The notes below the pieces were generated by a model, which was not told where the DNA came from, made no database searches, and saw only the letters and a list, made by a program, of their open reading frames with translations. This document shows, piece by piece, positions 10,527-20,203 of a stretch of DNA of 64,000 bases. Source of the DNA: Geminicoccaceae bacterium (GTDB lineage: Bacteria > Pseudomonadota > Alphaproteobacteria > Geminicoccales > Geminicoccaceae); the NCBI GenBank assembly GCA_046349355.1, contig JAXMCM010000014.1:190461-254460 (forward strand), given 5' to 3'. Made by a program: the position numbers and the translations under genes. Each line of letters opens with the position of its first letter. Position 1 is the first letter of the stretch.

Positions 10527-10612
10527 CGCGATTTCCTCATGGACCGGCGGGGGCGCTGACCCGGGGACGATCTTTGATCAAAACGGGCGAGTCAAGGCGA
10601 CCCGCCTGCGGG

Positions 10613-10921
10613 TCAGACCTCCAGATCGACCACCAGGACGCCGTCCCGGCCGCCCTCGGCGCAGGCGCAGAGCCGTCCCCCGGCGCTGATATGGTCGGGG
10701 TGGACGAGGTAGGCGTCGCGCGCCGCCGTGTCGGCGAAGTCCATGGTGAAGCCGTGCGTGTAGCCGCGGGCGATGCCCTCCGGGCTGAGGTCCGGTCCGG
10801 CGCTCATGGCACGAAAGCCGGGCAGCACCTTCTTGAGGCCCGCGAGCTCGGCGAACACGGCCTCGAGCTCGCCCGGACGCAGGTCGGAGCGGGCCTTCAG
10901 CAGGACGATGTGGCGGATCAC
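10613..10921 (-). CDS. Dabb family (stress-responsive alpha/beta barrel) protein
   Basis: 102 aa. (M)IRHIVLLKARSD ... GYTHGFTMDFADTAARDAYLVHPDH is the typical Dabb pattern. GTG start preceded by GGGAGAAG. Confidence 0.75.
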   Translation of the reverse strand: MIRHIVLLKARSDLRPGELEAVFAELAGLKKVLPGFRAMSAGPDLSPEGIARGYTHGFTMDFADTAARDAYLVHPDHISAGGRLCACAEGGRDGVLVVDLEV

Positions 10922-10943
10922 GGTGCTTCTCCCTGGGGGCGGC

Positions 10944-12542
10944 TCACGGCAGCGGCGTCGCCCGGTTGCCCTTGATGAGGTCGCTGGCCTTCTCGCCGAT
11001 CATGATCGACGCGGCGTTGGTGTTGGAGCTGATCAGGCGCGGCATGATCGAGCTGTCGGCGACGCGCAGGCCGTCGATGCCGCGGACGCGACAGTGCGGG
11101 TCGACGACCGCCATCGCGTCGACGCCCATCTTGCAGGTGCCGACCGGGTGGTAGTCGGTCTTGCCGAAGCGCCGCGCATGCGCCTCGAGATCGGCACGCG
11201 TGGTCGCCTTCTCGCCCGGCAGGTGCTCGCGCTTGATGAACTTGCGCAGCGCCGGCTGGGCGGCGATCTCGCGGGTCATCTCGAAGCCGCGGATCGAGCA
11301 TTCGAGGTCATAGGGCTCGGCCCAGTAGTTCGGGTCGATCAGCGGCGGCACCGACGGATCGGCGCTCTGCAGCGTGACGCTGCCCCGCGAGCGCGGCCGC
11401 AGGTGGCAGGAATTGATCGTGCAGCCGTAGCCGTCGAGCGGCGGCACGCCCGCCTCGAGGCCGGCCCCTGGCAGGAAATGGAACTGGATGTCGGGATGGG
11501 CCTGCCCGTCGTCGGCCCACCAGAAGCCGCCGGCCTCCGCCAGGTTCGAGGTCACCGGGCCATTCCTGAACAGCATGTACTGCAGCCCGGCCCAGAGCAT
11601 CCGGTGCGGGCGCGTGTGCCTGTCGTAGCTGTGCGGGCCGTTCAGCTCGTGGATCGAGTAGACGTCGATGTGGTCCTGCAGGTTCTTGCCGACCCCCGGC
11701 AGGTCGTGGACCACCGTCACACCGAGCGCCTTCAGCTCGTCCGCCGGTCCGATCCCCGACAGCATCAGCAAGCGCGGCGAGCCGACCGCACCGGACGAGA
11801 CGATCACCTCGGTCGAAGCCTGCGCCGTCTGCTCCTGGCCATGCCTTCGGTACTCGACGCCGGTGGCCCGGCCGCGCTCGACGACGATGCGGGTGACGAA
11901 GCACTCGGTCTGCACCGTCAGGTTCGGCCGTCCCATCACCGGCCGCAGGTAGCCGACGGCGGTGCTGCAGCGGCGCGAGCCGCGCTGGGTCACCTGGTAG
12001 AGGCCGCAGCCCTCCTGCCGCTCGCCGTTGAAGTCGGGATTGAACGGCATGCCGGCCTCCTGGCCGGCGCGGACGAAGGCCTTGCTCAGCGGGTGGGGCG
12101 AGACCAGGTCGGAAACGCCGAGCGGGCCGCCGACGCCATGCCACTGGTTGGCCAGCCGCTCGTTGTCCTCCGAGCGGCGGAAATAGGGCAGGACATCGGC
12201 GTAGGCCCAGCCCTCGCAGCCCTCTTCCTGCGCCCAGGCGTCATAGTCCAGCGCGTGGCCGCGCGTGAACACCATGGCGTTCACCGAGCTGCCGCCGCCG
12301 AGCACGCGCCCCTGCGGGAAGACCATCTGGCGGTCGCCGGCGTGGCGCAGCGGTGCCGTGCTGTAGCCCCAGGTCAGCGGGCCGCCGGTCATCTTGTAGA
12401 AGCCGACCGGCATGTGGATCATCCGGTCGGTATCGGGCGGGCCCGACTCGAGCAGCAGGACCTTCGCGTCGGGAAGCTCGCTCAGCCGCGCCGCCAGGGC
12501 GCAGCCGGCCGAGCCGCCGCCGACGATGACGTAGTCGTACAC
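10944..12542 (-). CDS. GMC family oxidoreductase (choline dehydrogenase-like flavoprotein)
   Basis: 532 aa: YDYVIVGGGSAGCALAARLSE FAD fold and C-terminal HPVGTCKMG ... ADSSIMP. GTG start preceded by GGAGG. Confidence 0.9.
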   Translation of the reverse strand: MYDYVIVGGGSAGCALAARLSELPDAKVLLLESGPPDTDRMIHMPVGFYKMTGGPLTWGYSTAPLRHAGDRQMVFPQGRVLGGGSSVNAMVFTRGHALDYDAWAQEEGCEGWAYADVLPYFRRSEDNERLANQWHGVGGPLGVSDLVSPHPLSKAFVRAGQEAGMPFNPDFNGERQEGCGLYQVTQRGSRRCSTAVGYLRPVMGRPNLTVQTECFVTRIVVERGRATGVEYRRHGQEQTAQASTEVIVSSGAVGSPRLLMLSGIGPADELKALGVTVVHDLPGVGKNLQDHIDVYSIHELNGPHSYDRHTRPHRMLWAGLQYMLFRNGPVTSNLAEAGGFWWADDGQAHPDIQFHFLPGAGLEAGVPPLDGYGCTINSCHLRPRSRGSVTLQSADPSVPPLIDPNYWAEPYDLECSIRGFEMTREIAAQPALRKFIKREHLPGEKATTRADLEAHARRFGKTDYHPVGTCKMGVDAMAVVDPHCRVRGIDGLRVADSSIMPRLISSNTNAASIMIGEKASDLIKGNRATPLP

Positions 12543-12649
12543 CCGCGCCTCCGACTCCCCGACCTGCGTTGCAGGGCGTCATGTCACGGGACGGGAGGTC
12601 CAGCAAGGCTGCGCCGCACCGGCGGATGCCGGCGCGGCACGGCCGGCCC

Positions 12650-13396
12650 TCAGGCGATCTTGAAGGCGAACTTCACGAACAGCGACACGATGATCAGGCT
12701 GACGAGATAGACGAACAGCCAGCCATGCATCCAGGACGGCCCGACCGACCAGAGCTCGCGCGACGGCACCGCCAGATGAATGGCATCGACGGCCGCGGAA
12801 TCGGGCAGATAGCCGGCCTCGTTGCCGAGCAGGACGTTCCACCAGACGCGCTTGTGCACGATCGTCGGCGGCGTGGCCGTGGCCGGGGCGGCGAAGATCG
12901 TGCCGGTCGAATCGGCGACCTGATACTCCCCGCCCGGTGCCGGCCAGGCGATGGCCGAAGGCTCGGCGGCCGGCGGCGTGAGCTGGAGCGCCACGTCCGC
13001 CGGTTCGGCGGTGACCGGCACCGGCGCGCCTGCCGGCGGGGCCACGGTGTCGTAGGTTGCTGCCAGCCAAGCGAGCACGAAGATCACCGGGATACCGGAC
13101 AGCATCGCCGGCAGTGTCACCTTGCCAAGCACGCGGAACGACAGCTTCAGGTTCTCGAGGGCCAGCCGTGCCGCCTCGCCGGCGTCGTCGGCCTGCTGCA
13201 CCGAGCCGCGCAGCTGGCGCGCCTCGCCCTGCATCGCCTTGATCGACCCCTGGTTGGACATCAGCACGTACAGCATCATGGCGAGGAGGCCGCTGACGGC
13301 GCCCCACAGGGCGACGCGCACGACGTCCGGAAGCCAGAGGAAGTAGCTGTCGATGCCGCCGAGAAGGGGATAGGCGAGGTTCAGCAGCCCATTCAC
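12650..13396 (-). CDS. Hypothetical membrane protein (TM - predicted coiled segment - TM - Pro/Ala-rich region - C-terminal TM)
   Basis: In-frame GTG at 13396 forms a GTGA overlap with the stop of the 85-aa ORF. This gives VNGLLNLAYPLLGGIDSYF..., about 248 aa with three hydrophobic helices. The N-terminal 66 codons of ORF 12650..13594 are Arg-rich and overlap the better small ORF. No family recognised. Confidence 0.5.
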   Translation of the reverse strand: MNGLLNLAYPLLGGIDSYFLWLPDVVRVALWGAVSGLLAMMLYVLMSNQGSIKAMQGEARQLRGSVQQADDAGEAARLALENLKLSFRVLGKVTLPAMLSGIPVIFVLAWLAATYDTVAPPAGAPVPVTAEPADVALQLTPPAAEPSAIAWPAPGGEYQVADSTGTIFAAPATATPPTIVHKRVWWNVLLGNEAGYLPDSAAVDAIHLAVPSRELWSVGPSWMHGWLFVYLVSLIIVSLFVKFAFKIA

Positions 13397-13650
13397 CGGG
13401 TGGCGTCTCGGGGCCGGGTCGTCGCGGCGGCCGGCGCTTCGCTGGCCTTCTTGCGCTTGCGGAGCAGCGCCCGGATCGGCCAGGCGAGGAATGCGAAGAT
13501 GGCGAAGGCGACCGCCAGGATCACGCCCCAGAGCGCGCCCAGCATGGTGATGCCGGCGCCGGGACCGAAATAGGCATGCGCCGCTTCGGGCCAAGTGCCG
13601 ACGAAGACGGCAAGCGCCAGTGCCAGACCGAGAGCAACCCGCATTCGCAC
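13393..13650 (-). CDS. Small membrane protein with signal-peptide-like N-terminus
   Basis: 85 aa: MRMRVALGLALALAVFVGTWPEAAHA / YFGPGAGITMLGALWGVILAVAFAIFAFLAW then a basic tail RKRKK. Coherent hydrophobic architecture, coupled to the next ORF. Confidence 0.5.
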   Translation of the reverse strand: MRMRVALGLALALAVFVGTWPEAAHAYFGPGAGITMLGALWGVILAVAFAIFAFLAWPIRALLRKRKKASEAPAAATTRPRDATR

Positions 13651-13753
13651 GCTCCTTTGCTCGGGTACCGCAGCTGAGAACCCGCGCGTTGACCTAGGCC
13701 CCTACCACTCTCCGGTCCAGCCGGGATGTGGCACTGCAGCGTAGGCGATCTCG

Positions 13754-14848
13754 TTACGACCGCGGACCGTAACCGAGACGCATCGCCACGGCTCCCGTCT
13801 CCTCGGCGATCGCTGCCTCCTCGGCTGGCGAAAAGTCGGCCTTGTAGTAGGCCGGTGCGGCCAGCCGCGAGGCCATCTCGGCCAGCACCGAGTCCGGGAA
13901 CTCGAGCTCGGCATGGTCCGCCGCCGCCCGCAGCGTCTGCAGCGGCTCCGCACAGGCGTCCTCGTAGCGGACGATGCGGACGTGGCGGGCAAGGCCCGGA
14001 TCGCGTTCCAGCTGGTCGAGGACGAAGCCGTAGACGGTGGCCCAGTGCCGGGCGAGGCCCCGGGCATCGTCGCCGCCCTTCCACAGATCGACGACCGAGC
14101 GGGCGCGTGCCGCGTCCCCGAGGTTCAGGGTTCGCCGGTCGAGCCCGAACTCGTAGTGCCCGACCCGCTGCATGTGGCGGAGCACCCGCGGATCCTCGCT
14201 CTCCTGCGCGCAGAACAGCCGATGCTGCTTCAGCAGCGACGCGACATGACCCCTGGGCTCGCGGACCGGCACGAGAAACCGCGCATCCGGAAACAGCTTC
14301 AACAGATAGCCGAGCCGCGAGATGTTGTAGTTGCCCTTGGCGAGATAGCGCCGTCCCTTGCGGACCAGCAGGATCTTGCGGATGTGGTCGGTGTAGAAGC
14401 GCTCGAACGTCGGATTGCTCGTCGTCGCGTCGAGCACCTGACTGGTGTCGGTGTCGTGCCGGTCGGGGAAGAAGCGCATCCAGAGCACCTCCTCCATGGC
14501 CTCGGGACTGTCGGGCGTGACGAGGATACGGTCCTTGTGCGCGCGCTCCACCGCCGGCGTGTCGCTGCGGTAGATCTGCGCGAACGCCCGGTTCCAGAAG
14601 AGCGGCGTGTAGATCGGCGGATAGTCGCGGTAGCGGTGCGTCGCGCAATCGGGATGCGATGCGAGCAGCTCGAGCATGATCGTGCTGCCGCTGCGGGCGA
14701 GCCCGGTGACATAGATCGGCCGGTCGATGGCGATTTCGTCGAGCTCGCCCCGGTGGGCCTGGCTCTCGAGGTTGCCAAGACCGACCCAGAAGCCGGCGGT
14801 GTTGGCGATCAGCCCACCCAGGCGATCGATCCAGGCCGGCATTTCCAT
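13754..14848 (-). CDS. Sulfotransferase family protein
   Basis: Start MEMPAWIDRLG at ATG 14848, with GGAGAA 6 nt upstream; about 364 aa. PAPS 5-prime-phosphosulfate loop GLARSGST, 3-prime-phosphate motif VPVREPRGHVAS, VRYED block. Confidence 0.75.
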   Translation of the reverse strand: MEMPAWIDRLGGLIANTAGFWVGLGNLESQAHRGELDEIAIDRPIYVTGLARSGSTIMLELLASHPDCATHRYRDYPPIYTPLFWNRAFAQIYRSDTPAVERAHKDRILVTPDSPEAMEEVLWMRFFPDRHDTDTSQVLDATTSNPTFERFYTDHIRKILLVRKGRRYLAKGNYNISRLGYLLKLFPDARFLVPVREPRGHVASLLKQHRLFCAQESEDPRVLRHMQRVGHYEFGLDRRTLNLGDAARARSVVDLWKGGDDARGLARHWATVYGFVLDQLERDPGLARHVRIVRYEDACAEPLQTLRAAADHAELEFPDSVLAEMASRLAAPAYYKADFSPAEEAAIAEETGAVAMRLGYGPRS

Positions 14849-14876
14849 GCAGGTTCTCCGAGCTGACGCTTGGGCT

Positions 14877-15335
14877 TCAGGAAACGGCGCCGGCGAGGAC
14901 CGGCCGGTCCTCGCGGTGGAAACGCCACGGCTCGCCACCCACACCGGCAACCCCGCCATCGCCGCCGGTCAGATCCGCATGGTCCCGGGCAGCCTGCCGG
15001 GTAGCATTGCCGCTTACCGCGACGATCTGCCGGTCCATGATCGGAGCAGCCGGGGCATCGTGCATCGCGCCGCCGCCTTGGTCGCCGAGCATCGCGTACC
15101 GAGCACGCTCGTCCTGCGCTGCTGCCGCAGCCCACGGGACTGCGACGGTGGTCGCGCCGTCGCAGATTTCAGGCGGTTCCTTCGCAAGCGACGGGCCTGC
15201 GGGCGTGTTGGCCACCAAGCTGGCGGCAGCGCGACCTTCCATGGGAGCTGTCCGCTCGCCGCCCAGCCCGACACCGATGATGCACACGACGAACAGCAGG
15301 GCCGCGACGACAAGGAGACGCTCCCACAGGCGCAT
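14877..15335 (-). CDS. Hypothetical protein with N-terminal transmembrane anchor or signal
   Basis: MRLWERLLVVAALLFVVCIIGVGLGG... at ATG 15335, preceded by GGGAG; 152 aa. Sits inside the otherwise spurious ORF 14877..16229. No family recognised. Confidence 0.4.
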   Translation of the reverse strand: MRLWERLLVVAALLFVVCIIGVGLGGERTAPMEGRAAASLVANTPAGPSLAKEPPEICDGATTVAVPWAAAAAQDERARYAMLGDQGGGAMHDAPAAPIMDRQIVAVSGNATRQAARDHADLTGGDGGVAGVGGEPWRFHREDRPVLAGAVS

Positions 15336-15596
15336 CTGGGCTCCCGAGCAGGCACGACTGGGCGGGCACCGACACCAAGGGCCCGGCCGACGAGGCGCGG
15401 AGTTCTTAGCCCCAGTCGCCGATGGCGGCCAGCGTCGCTTCGTCACGCCCCGGCAATCCGGCGCGTGCGCGTGGCCGGCAGAGCTTCCGGCCCCCGCCTT
15501 GCAGGCCGCGGAGGTGGCGTGTACAGCGCCTTCCGGGCCTTCGGGCCAGCACGGGCTGCCGCGGGGCGCTGCCGCCCCAACGATGGAGTGATCGCC

Positions 15597-16313
15597 ATGG
15601 ACATGACCGGCGAGTACCGGATTCCTGCGCCCCGCCAGCGGGTCTGGGAGGCGCTCAACGATCCGGCGGTCCTCAAGGCGGCGATCCCCGGCTGCGAGGA
15701 GCTTATCCGCAAGTCCGACACCGAGCTCGAGGCCCGCGTGACCGCCAAGGTCGGTCCGGTCAGCGCCAAGTTCGGCGGCGCCGTGACCCTCGGCGACCTC
15801 AATCCGCCCGAGAGCTACACGATCAGCGGCCAGGGCTCGGGCGGTGCCGCCGGCTTCGCCAAGGGCGGCGCCTCGGTCCACCTGACCGAGGACGGCGACG
15901 CCACCATCCTGCGCTACGAGGCCAAGGCCGACGTCGGCGGCAAGCTGGCCCAGATCGGCTCCCGGCTGATCCAGGGCACCGCCCGCAAGATGGCCGACGA
16001 GTTCTTCGGCCGCTTCAGCGAGATCGTGGCGGCGCAGGCTGCTGCCGCGGCCGCAGTGGCTGCACCGCAGCCGCCGGCGACCCCGGCCACCCCCGAGGCC
16101 CCGGCCGCCGCGGCGGCTCCCTCGGCTCCGGCCGCGCCCGCGGCACCGGCAGCCGTCACGCCGCCGGCGGCTCCGGCCGCGCCGGCACCGCGACCGTCGC
16201 CGGCCCCGAGCTATGCACCGCCAGCGCAACCGCGCGGGCTGTCGCAGAGCCCGCTGGTCTGGCTCGCCGGCGTCATTCTGCTGATCCTGATCCTCTACTG
16301 GATCTTCAGCTGA
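15597..16313 (+). CDS. coxG: CoxG/SRPBCC family protein with Ala/Pro-rich linker and C-terminal TM helix
   Basis: MDMTGEYRIPAPRQRVWEALNDPAVLKAAIPGCEEL ... KLAQIGSRLIQGTARKMADEFF is the CoxG pattern. It is followed by about 70 aa of A/P-rich sequence and LVWLAGVILLILILYWIFS. Confidence 0.8.
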   Translation: MDMTGEYRIPAPRQRVWEALNDPAVLKAAIPGCEELIRKSDTELEARVTAKVGPVSAKFGGAVTLGDLNPPESYTISGQGSGGAAGFAKGGASVHLTEDGDATILRYEAKADVGGKLAQIGSRLIQGTARKMADEFFGRFSEIVAAQAAAAAAVAAPQPPATPATPEAPAAAAAPSAPAAPAAPAAVTPPAAPAAPAPRPSPAPSYAPPAQPRGLSQSPLVWLAGVILLILILYWIFS

Positions 16314-16503
16314 GCGGCGGCCCGGCAGGGCAAGGCTGACCTGCGGAAAACCGCCGGCGCGCCCGGGGGCACGCGTTGACGGTGCGCCTACCAGCCCCTA
16401 GCTTTGCGCCAATTCAGACTGGTTCTGCGGTAGCGGTACGCGGGTCGCCTGCGCCGCGCCGTCTGCACGCCACGCATCGAGGCCTGGCACCCGGGAGGTT
16501 CGG

Positions 16504-16989
<486 letters not shown>

Positions 16990-17002
16990 GGAGCGCCCCG
17001 AG

Positions 17003-19370
17003 ATGGCCGAGAAGGGCATCGGCGCACGCGTCGTCCGCAAGGAGGACCAGCGCTTCATCACCGGCAAGGGCCGCTACACCGACGACATCAACCAGCACGG
17101 CCAGGCCTACGCGGCCTTCGTCCGCTCGCCGCACGCCCACGCCACGATCAACCGCATCGACAAGGCGTCGGCCGAGGGGATGCCGGGCGTGCTCGCCGTC
17201 CTCACCGGCGACGACGTCAAGGCCGACGGCCTCGGCGGCCTGATCTGCGGCTGGCTGGTCAAGTCCAAGGACGGCTCGCCGATGAAGGCGGGGCCGCATC
17301 CGCTGCTGGCCCAGGGCAAGGCCCGCTACGTCGGCGACCGTGTCGCCGTGGTGGTCGCCGAGACCTACGAGCAGGCCCGCGCCGCCGCCGATGCGCTGGC
17401 GGTGGACTACAGCGTCCTGTCGCCGGCCGTGAACGTCGGCGACGCCCATGGCGGCCCCCTCGTCCACGACGAGGTCGCCAACAACCTGTGCTACGACTGG
17501 GAGCTCGGCGACAAGGCGGCGGTCGACGCGGCGTTCGCCAAGCCGCCCATGTCACCAAGATCGACCTCGTCAACAACCGGCTCATCCCGAACGCGATGGA
17601 GCCGCGCGCGGCGATCGGCGCCTACGATTCCGGCTCGGACGGCTACACGCTCTACGTCACCAGCCAGAATCCGCACGTCCACCGCCTCGTGATCTCGGCG
17701 TTCATCGGCGTGGCGCCGGAGCACAAGCTGCGGGTCGTCGCCCCGGACGTCGGCGGCGGCTTCGGCTCGAAGATCTTCATCTACGGCGAGGAATGCGTCG
17801 TCCTCTGGGCCAGCCGCCGCATCGGCGGTCGCCCGGTGAAGTGGACGGCCGAGCGCTCGGAGAGCTTCCTCTCCGATGCGCATGGCCGCGACCATGTGAG
17901 CCACGCCGAGCTGGCGATGGACAAGGACGGCAATGCGCTGGCGCTGCGGGTCAACACGAAGGCGAACCTCGGCGCCTACATGTCGACCTTCTCGTCCTGC
18001 ATCCCGACCTACCTGTACGCGACGCTGCTCGCCGGCCAGTACAAGACCCCGGCGATCTACTGCGACGTGCAGGCCTACTACACCAACACCGCACCGGTTG
18101 ACGCCTATCGTGGCGCCGGCCGGCCGGAGGCCAGCTTCCTCCTCGAGGCCCTGATGGATCAGGCCGCCAAGGAGGTGGGTCAGGACCCGGCGGAGTTCCG
18201 CCGCCGCAACTTCATCCCGAAGACGGCCTTCCCGTACCAGACCCCGGTGGCGCTGGTGTACGATACCGGCGACTACGAGGCGACGCTCGACGAGGCGCTG
18301 CGCCTCGCCGACTACAAGGGCTTCGCCGCGCGCCGCGCCGAGAGCGAGCGCAAGGGCAAGCTCCGCGGCGTCGGCATCTCCTGCTACATCGAGGCCTGCG
18401 GCATCGCCCCGTCGGCCGTGGTCGGCTCGCTCGGCGCCGGCGTCGGCCTCTGGGAGAGTGCCAAGGTCCGCTTCAGCCACACCGGCAAGGTGCAGGTGCT
18501 GACCGGCACCCACACGCACGGCCAGGGCCACGAGACGACCTTCAGCCAGCTGATCGCCGACAAGCTGGGCGTGCCCTACGAGGACGTCGAGGTCATCCAC
18601 GGCGACACCGAGAAGACCCCGGTCGGCATGGGCACCTACGGCTCGCGCTCGCTGGCGGTCGGCGGCGAAGCCCTGATGAAGGCCTGCGACAAGATCATCG
18701 CCAAGGGCAAGAAGATCGCGGCGCACCTGCTCGAGGCGAGCGAAGCCGACATCGACTTCAAGGACGGCAAGTTCACCGTTGCCGGCACCGACAAGTCGAA
18801 GGGCATCGGCGAGATCGTCTTCGAGGCCTATGTCCCGCACCACATCCCGCAGGGGCTGGTGGAGCCGGGCATGGAGGAAGGCGCGTTCTTCGACCCGCCG
18901 AACTTCACCTACCCGGCCGGCACCTACATCTGCGAGGTCGAGATCGATCCGGCGACCGGCGTGGTCGACGTCGCGAAGTTCGTGGCGGTCGACGACTTCG
19001 GCAACGTGATCAACCCGAACATCGTCGAGGGCAGGTCCACGGCGGCGTCGTCCAGGGCATCGGCCAGGCCCTGCTGGAGGGAGCGGTCTACGACAGCTCC
19101 GGCCAGCTGCTGACCGGGTCCTACATGGACTACTGCATGCCGCGCGCCGACAACGTCTGCGACATCGAGGTGGTGACCTCGGCCGGCACGGCCTGCACCT
19201 CGAACTCGATGGGCGTGAAGGGCTGCGGCGAGGCCGGTGCGATCGGTGCCCCTGGCGCGGTGATCAACGCGATCACCAACGCCATCGGCGTCCGGGTCGA
19301 GATGCCGGCCACGCCCGAGCGGGTCTGGCGCGCCATCCAGAGCACCAAGCACGCGGCTGCGGCCGAGTAA
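17003..19370 (+). pseudogene. coxL: Molybdopterin-binding large subunit (CoxL, form II AYRGAGR type), reading frame broken twice
   Basis: Three consecutive ORFs (17003..17692, 17488..19113, 19125..19370) join into one CoxL-like protein. Junction about 17542: ...[28 protein letters not shown]. Junction about 19032: ...[23 protein letters not shown]...[11 protein letters not shown]. Each shift equals loss of one base. AYRGAGR lies at 18103-18123. Confidence 0.85.
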
Positions 19371-19387
19371 GACAGCGGGGAGCCCAC

Positions 19388-20185
19388 ATGCACAATTTCG
19401 CCTATCACAAGCCCGCGTCGCTCGCCGACGCGGCGAAGCTCCTGGCCGCCAACGAGGACGCCAAGCTCCTCGCCGGCGGGCAGACCTTCATCCCGACGCT
19501 GAAGCAGCGCCTGGCCCAGCCCTCCGACCTCATCGACCTCGGCGGCATCGCCGAGCTCAAGGGGATCAAGGAGGACGGCAACGGCGTCACCATCGGCGCC
19601 ATGACCAAGCACGCCGAGGTCGCGCATTCGGCGGCCGTCAAGAAGGCGATCCCGGCCCTGGCCAGCCTGGCCGAGGGCATCGGCGATCCGCAGGTCCGCA
19701 ACATGGGCACCATCGGCGGCTCGCTCAGCAACAACGACCCGGCCGCCGACTATCCGGGTGCCCTGCTGGCGCTGAACGGGACCGTCCACACCACCAAGCG
19801 GACGATTTCGGCCGACCAGTTCTTCGCCGGCATGTTCTCGACCGCGCTCGACCGCGACGAGATCGTCAAGGCGGTGAGCTTCCCGAAGGCCGACAAGGCC
19901 GCCTACGCCAAGTTCCCGAACCCGGCCAGCCGCTACGCCATGGTCGGCGTGTTCGTGGCGAAGTCGGGCGGGAACGTCCGCGTCGCCGTGACCGGCGCCG
20001 GTCAGGACGGCGTGTTCCGCTGGACCGATGCCGAGAAGGCGCTCGCCGCCAACTGGTCGGCCTCGGCGCTGGACGGCCTGTCGGTCAATGCCGGCAACCT
20101 CAACAGCGACATCCACGCCAGCGCCGACTACCGCGCGCACCTGATCAAGGTGATGGCGAAGCGGGCGGTCCAGGCCGCCGGCTGA
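19388..20185 (+). CDS. coxM: FAD-binding medium subunit of a molybdenum hydroxylase (CoxM-type)
   Basis: 265 aa: LLAGGQTFIPTLKQR, GDPQVRNMGTIGGSLSNNDP, ADYRAHL. Confidence 0.9.
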   Translation: MHNFAYHKPASLADAAKLLAANEDAKLLAGGQTFIPTLKQRLAQPSDLIDLGGIAELKGIKEDGNGVTIGAMTKHAEVAHSAAVKKAIPALASLAEGIGDPQVRNMGTIGGSLSNNDPAADYPGALLALNGTVHTTKRTISADQFFAGMFSTALDRDEIVKAVSFPKADKAAYAKFPNPASRYAMVGVFVAKSGGNVRVAVTGAGQDGVFRWTDAEKALAANWSASALDGLSVNAGNLNSDIHASADYRAHLIKVMAKRAVQAAG

Positions 20186-20203
20186 TCCGGGTTTCCGCTG
20201 TCG

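Noticed and set aside
6552-10559. 1335-aa ORF on the plus strand
   Set aside because: It runs antisense to two well-supported hydantoinase genes. The translation is dominated by R, A, G, D, V and L with no recognisable motifs. Long antisense ORFs are expected in very GC-rich DNA because stop codons are rare.
16020-16210. Repetitive GCC/CCG-rich stretch that might be a tandem DNA repeat or array
   Set aside because: It is an imperfect codon-level Ala/Pro low-complexity region inside coxG. There are no unit repeats with spacers.
16314-16503. Possible Moco riboswitch or other leader RNA in the 190-nt coxG-coxS spacer
   Set aside because: I could not find the conserved Moco-motif elements by eye. 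Only a weak TTGACG-17 nt-TAGCTT promoter-like match is present. This is not supportable without a covariance-model search such as Infernal/Rfam.
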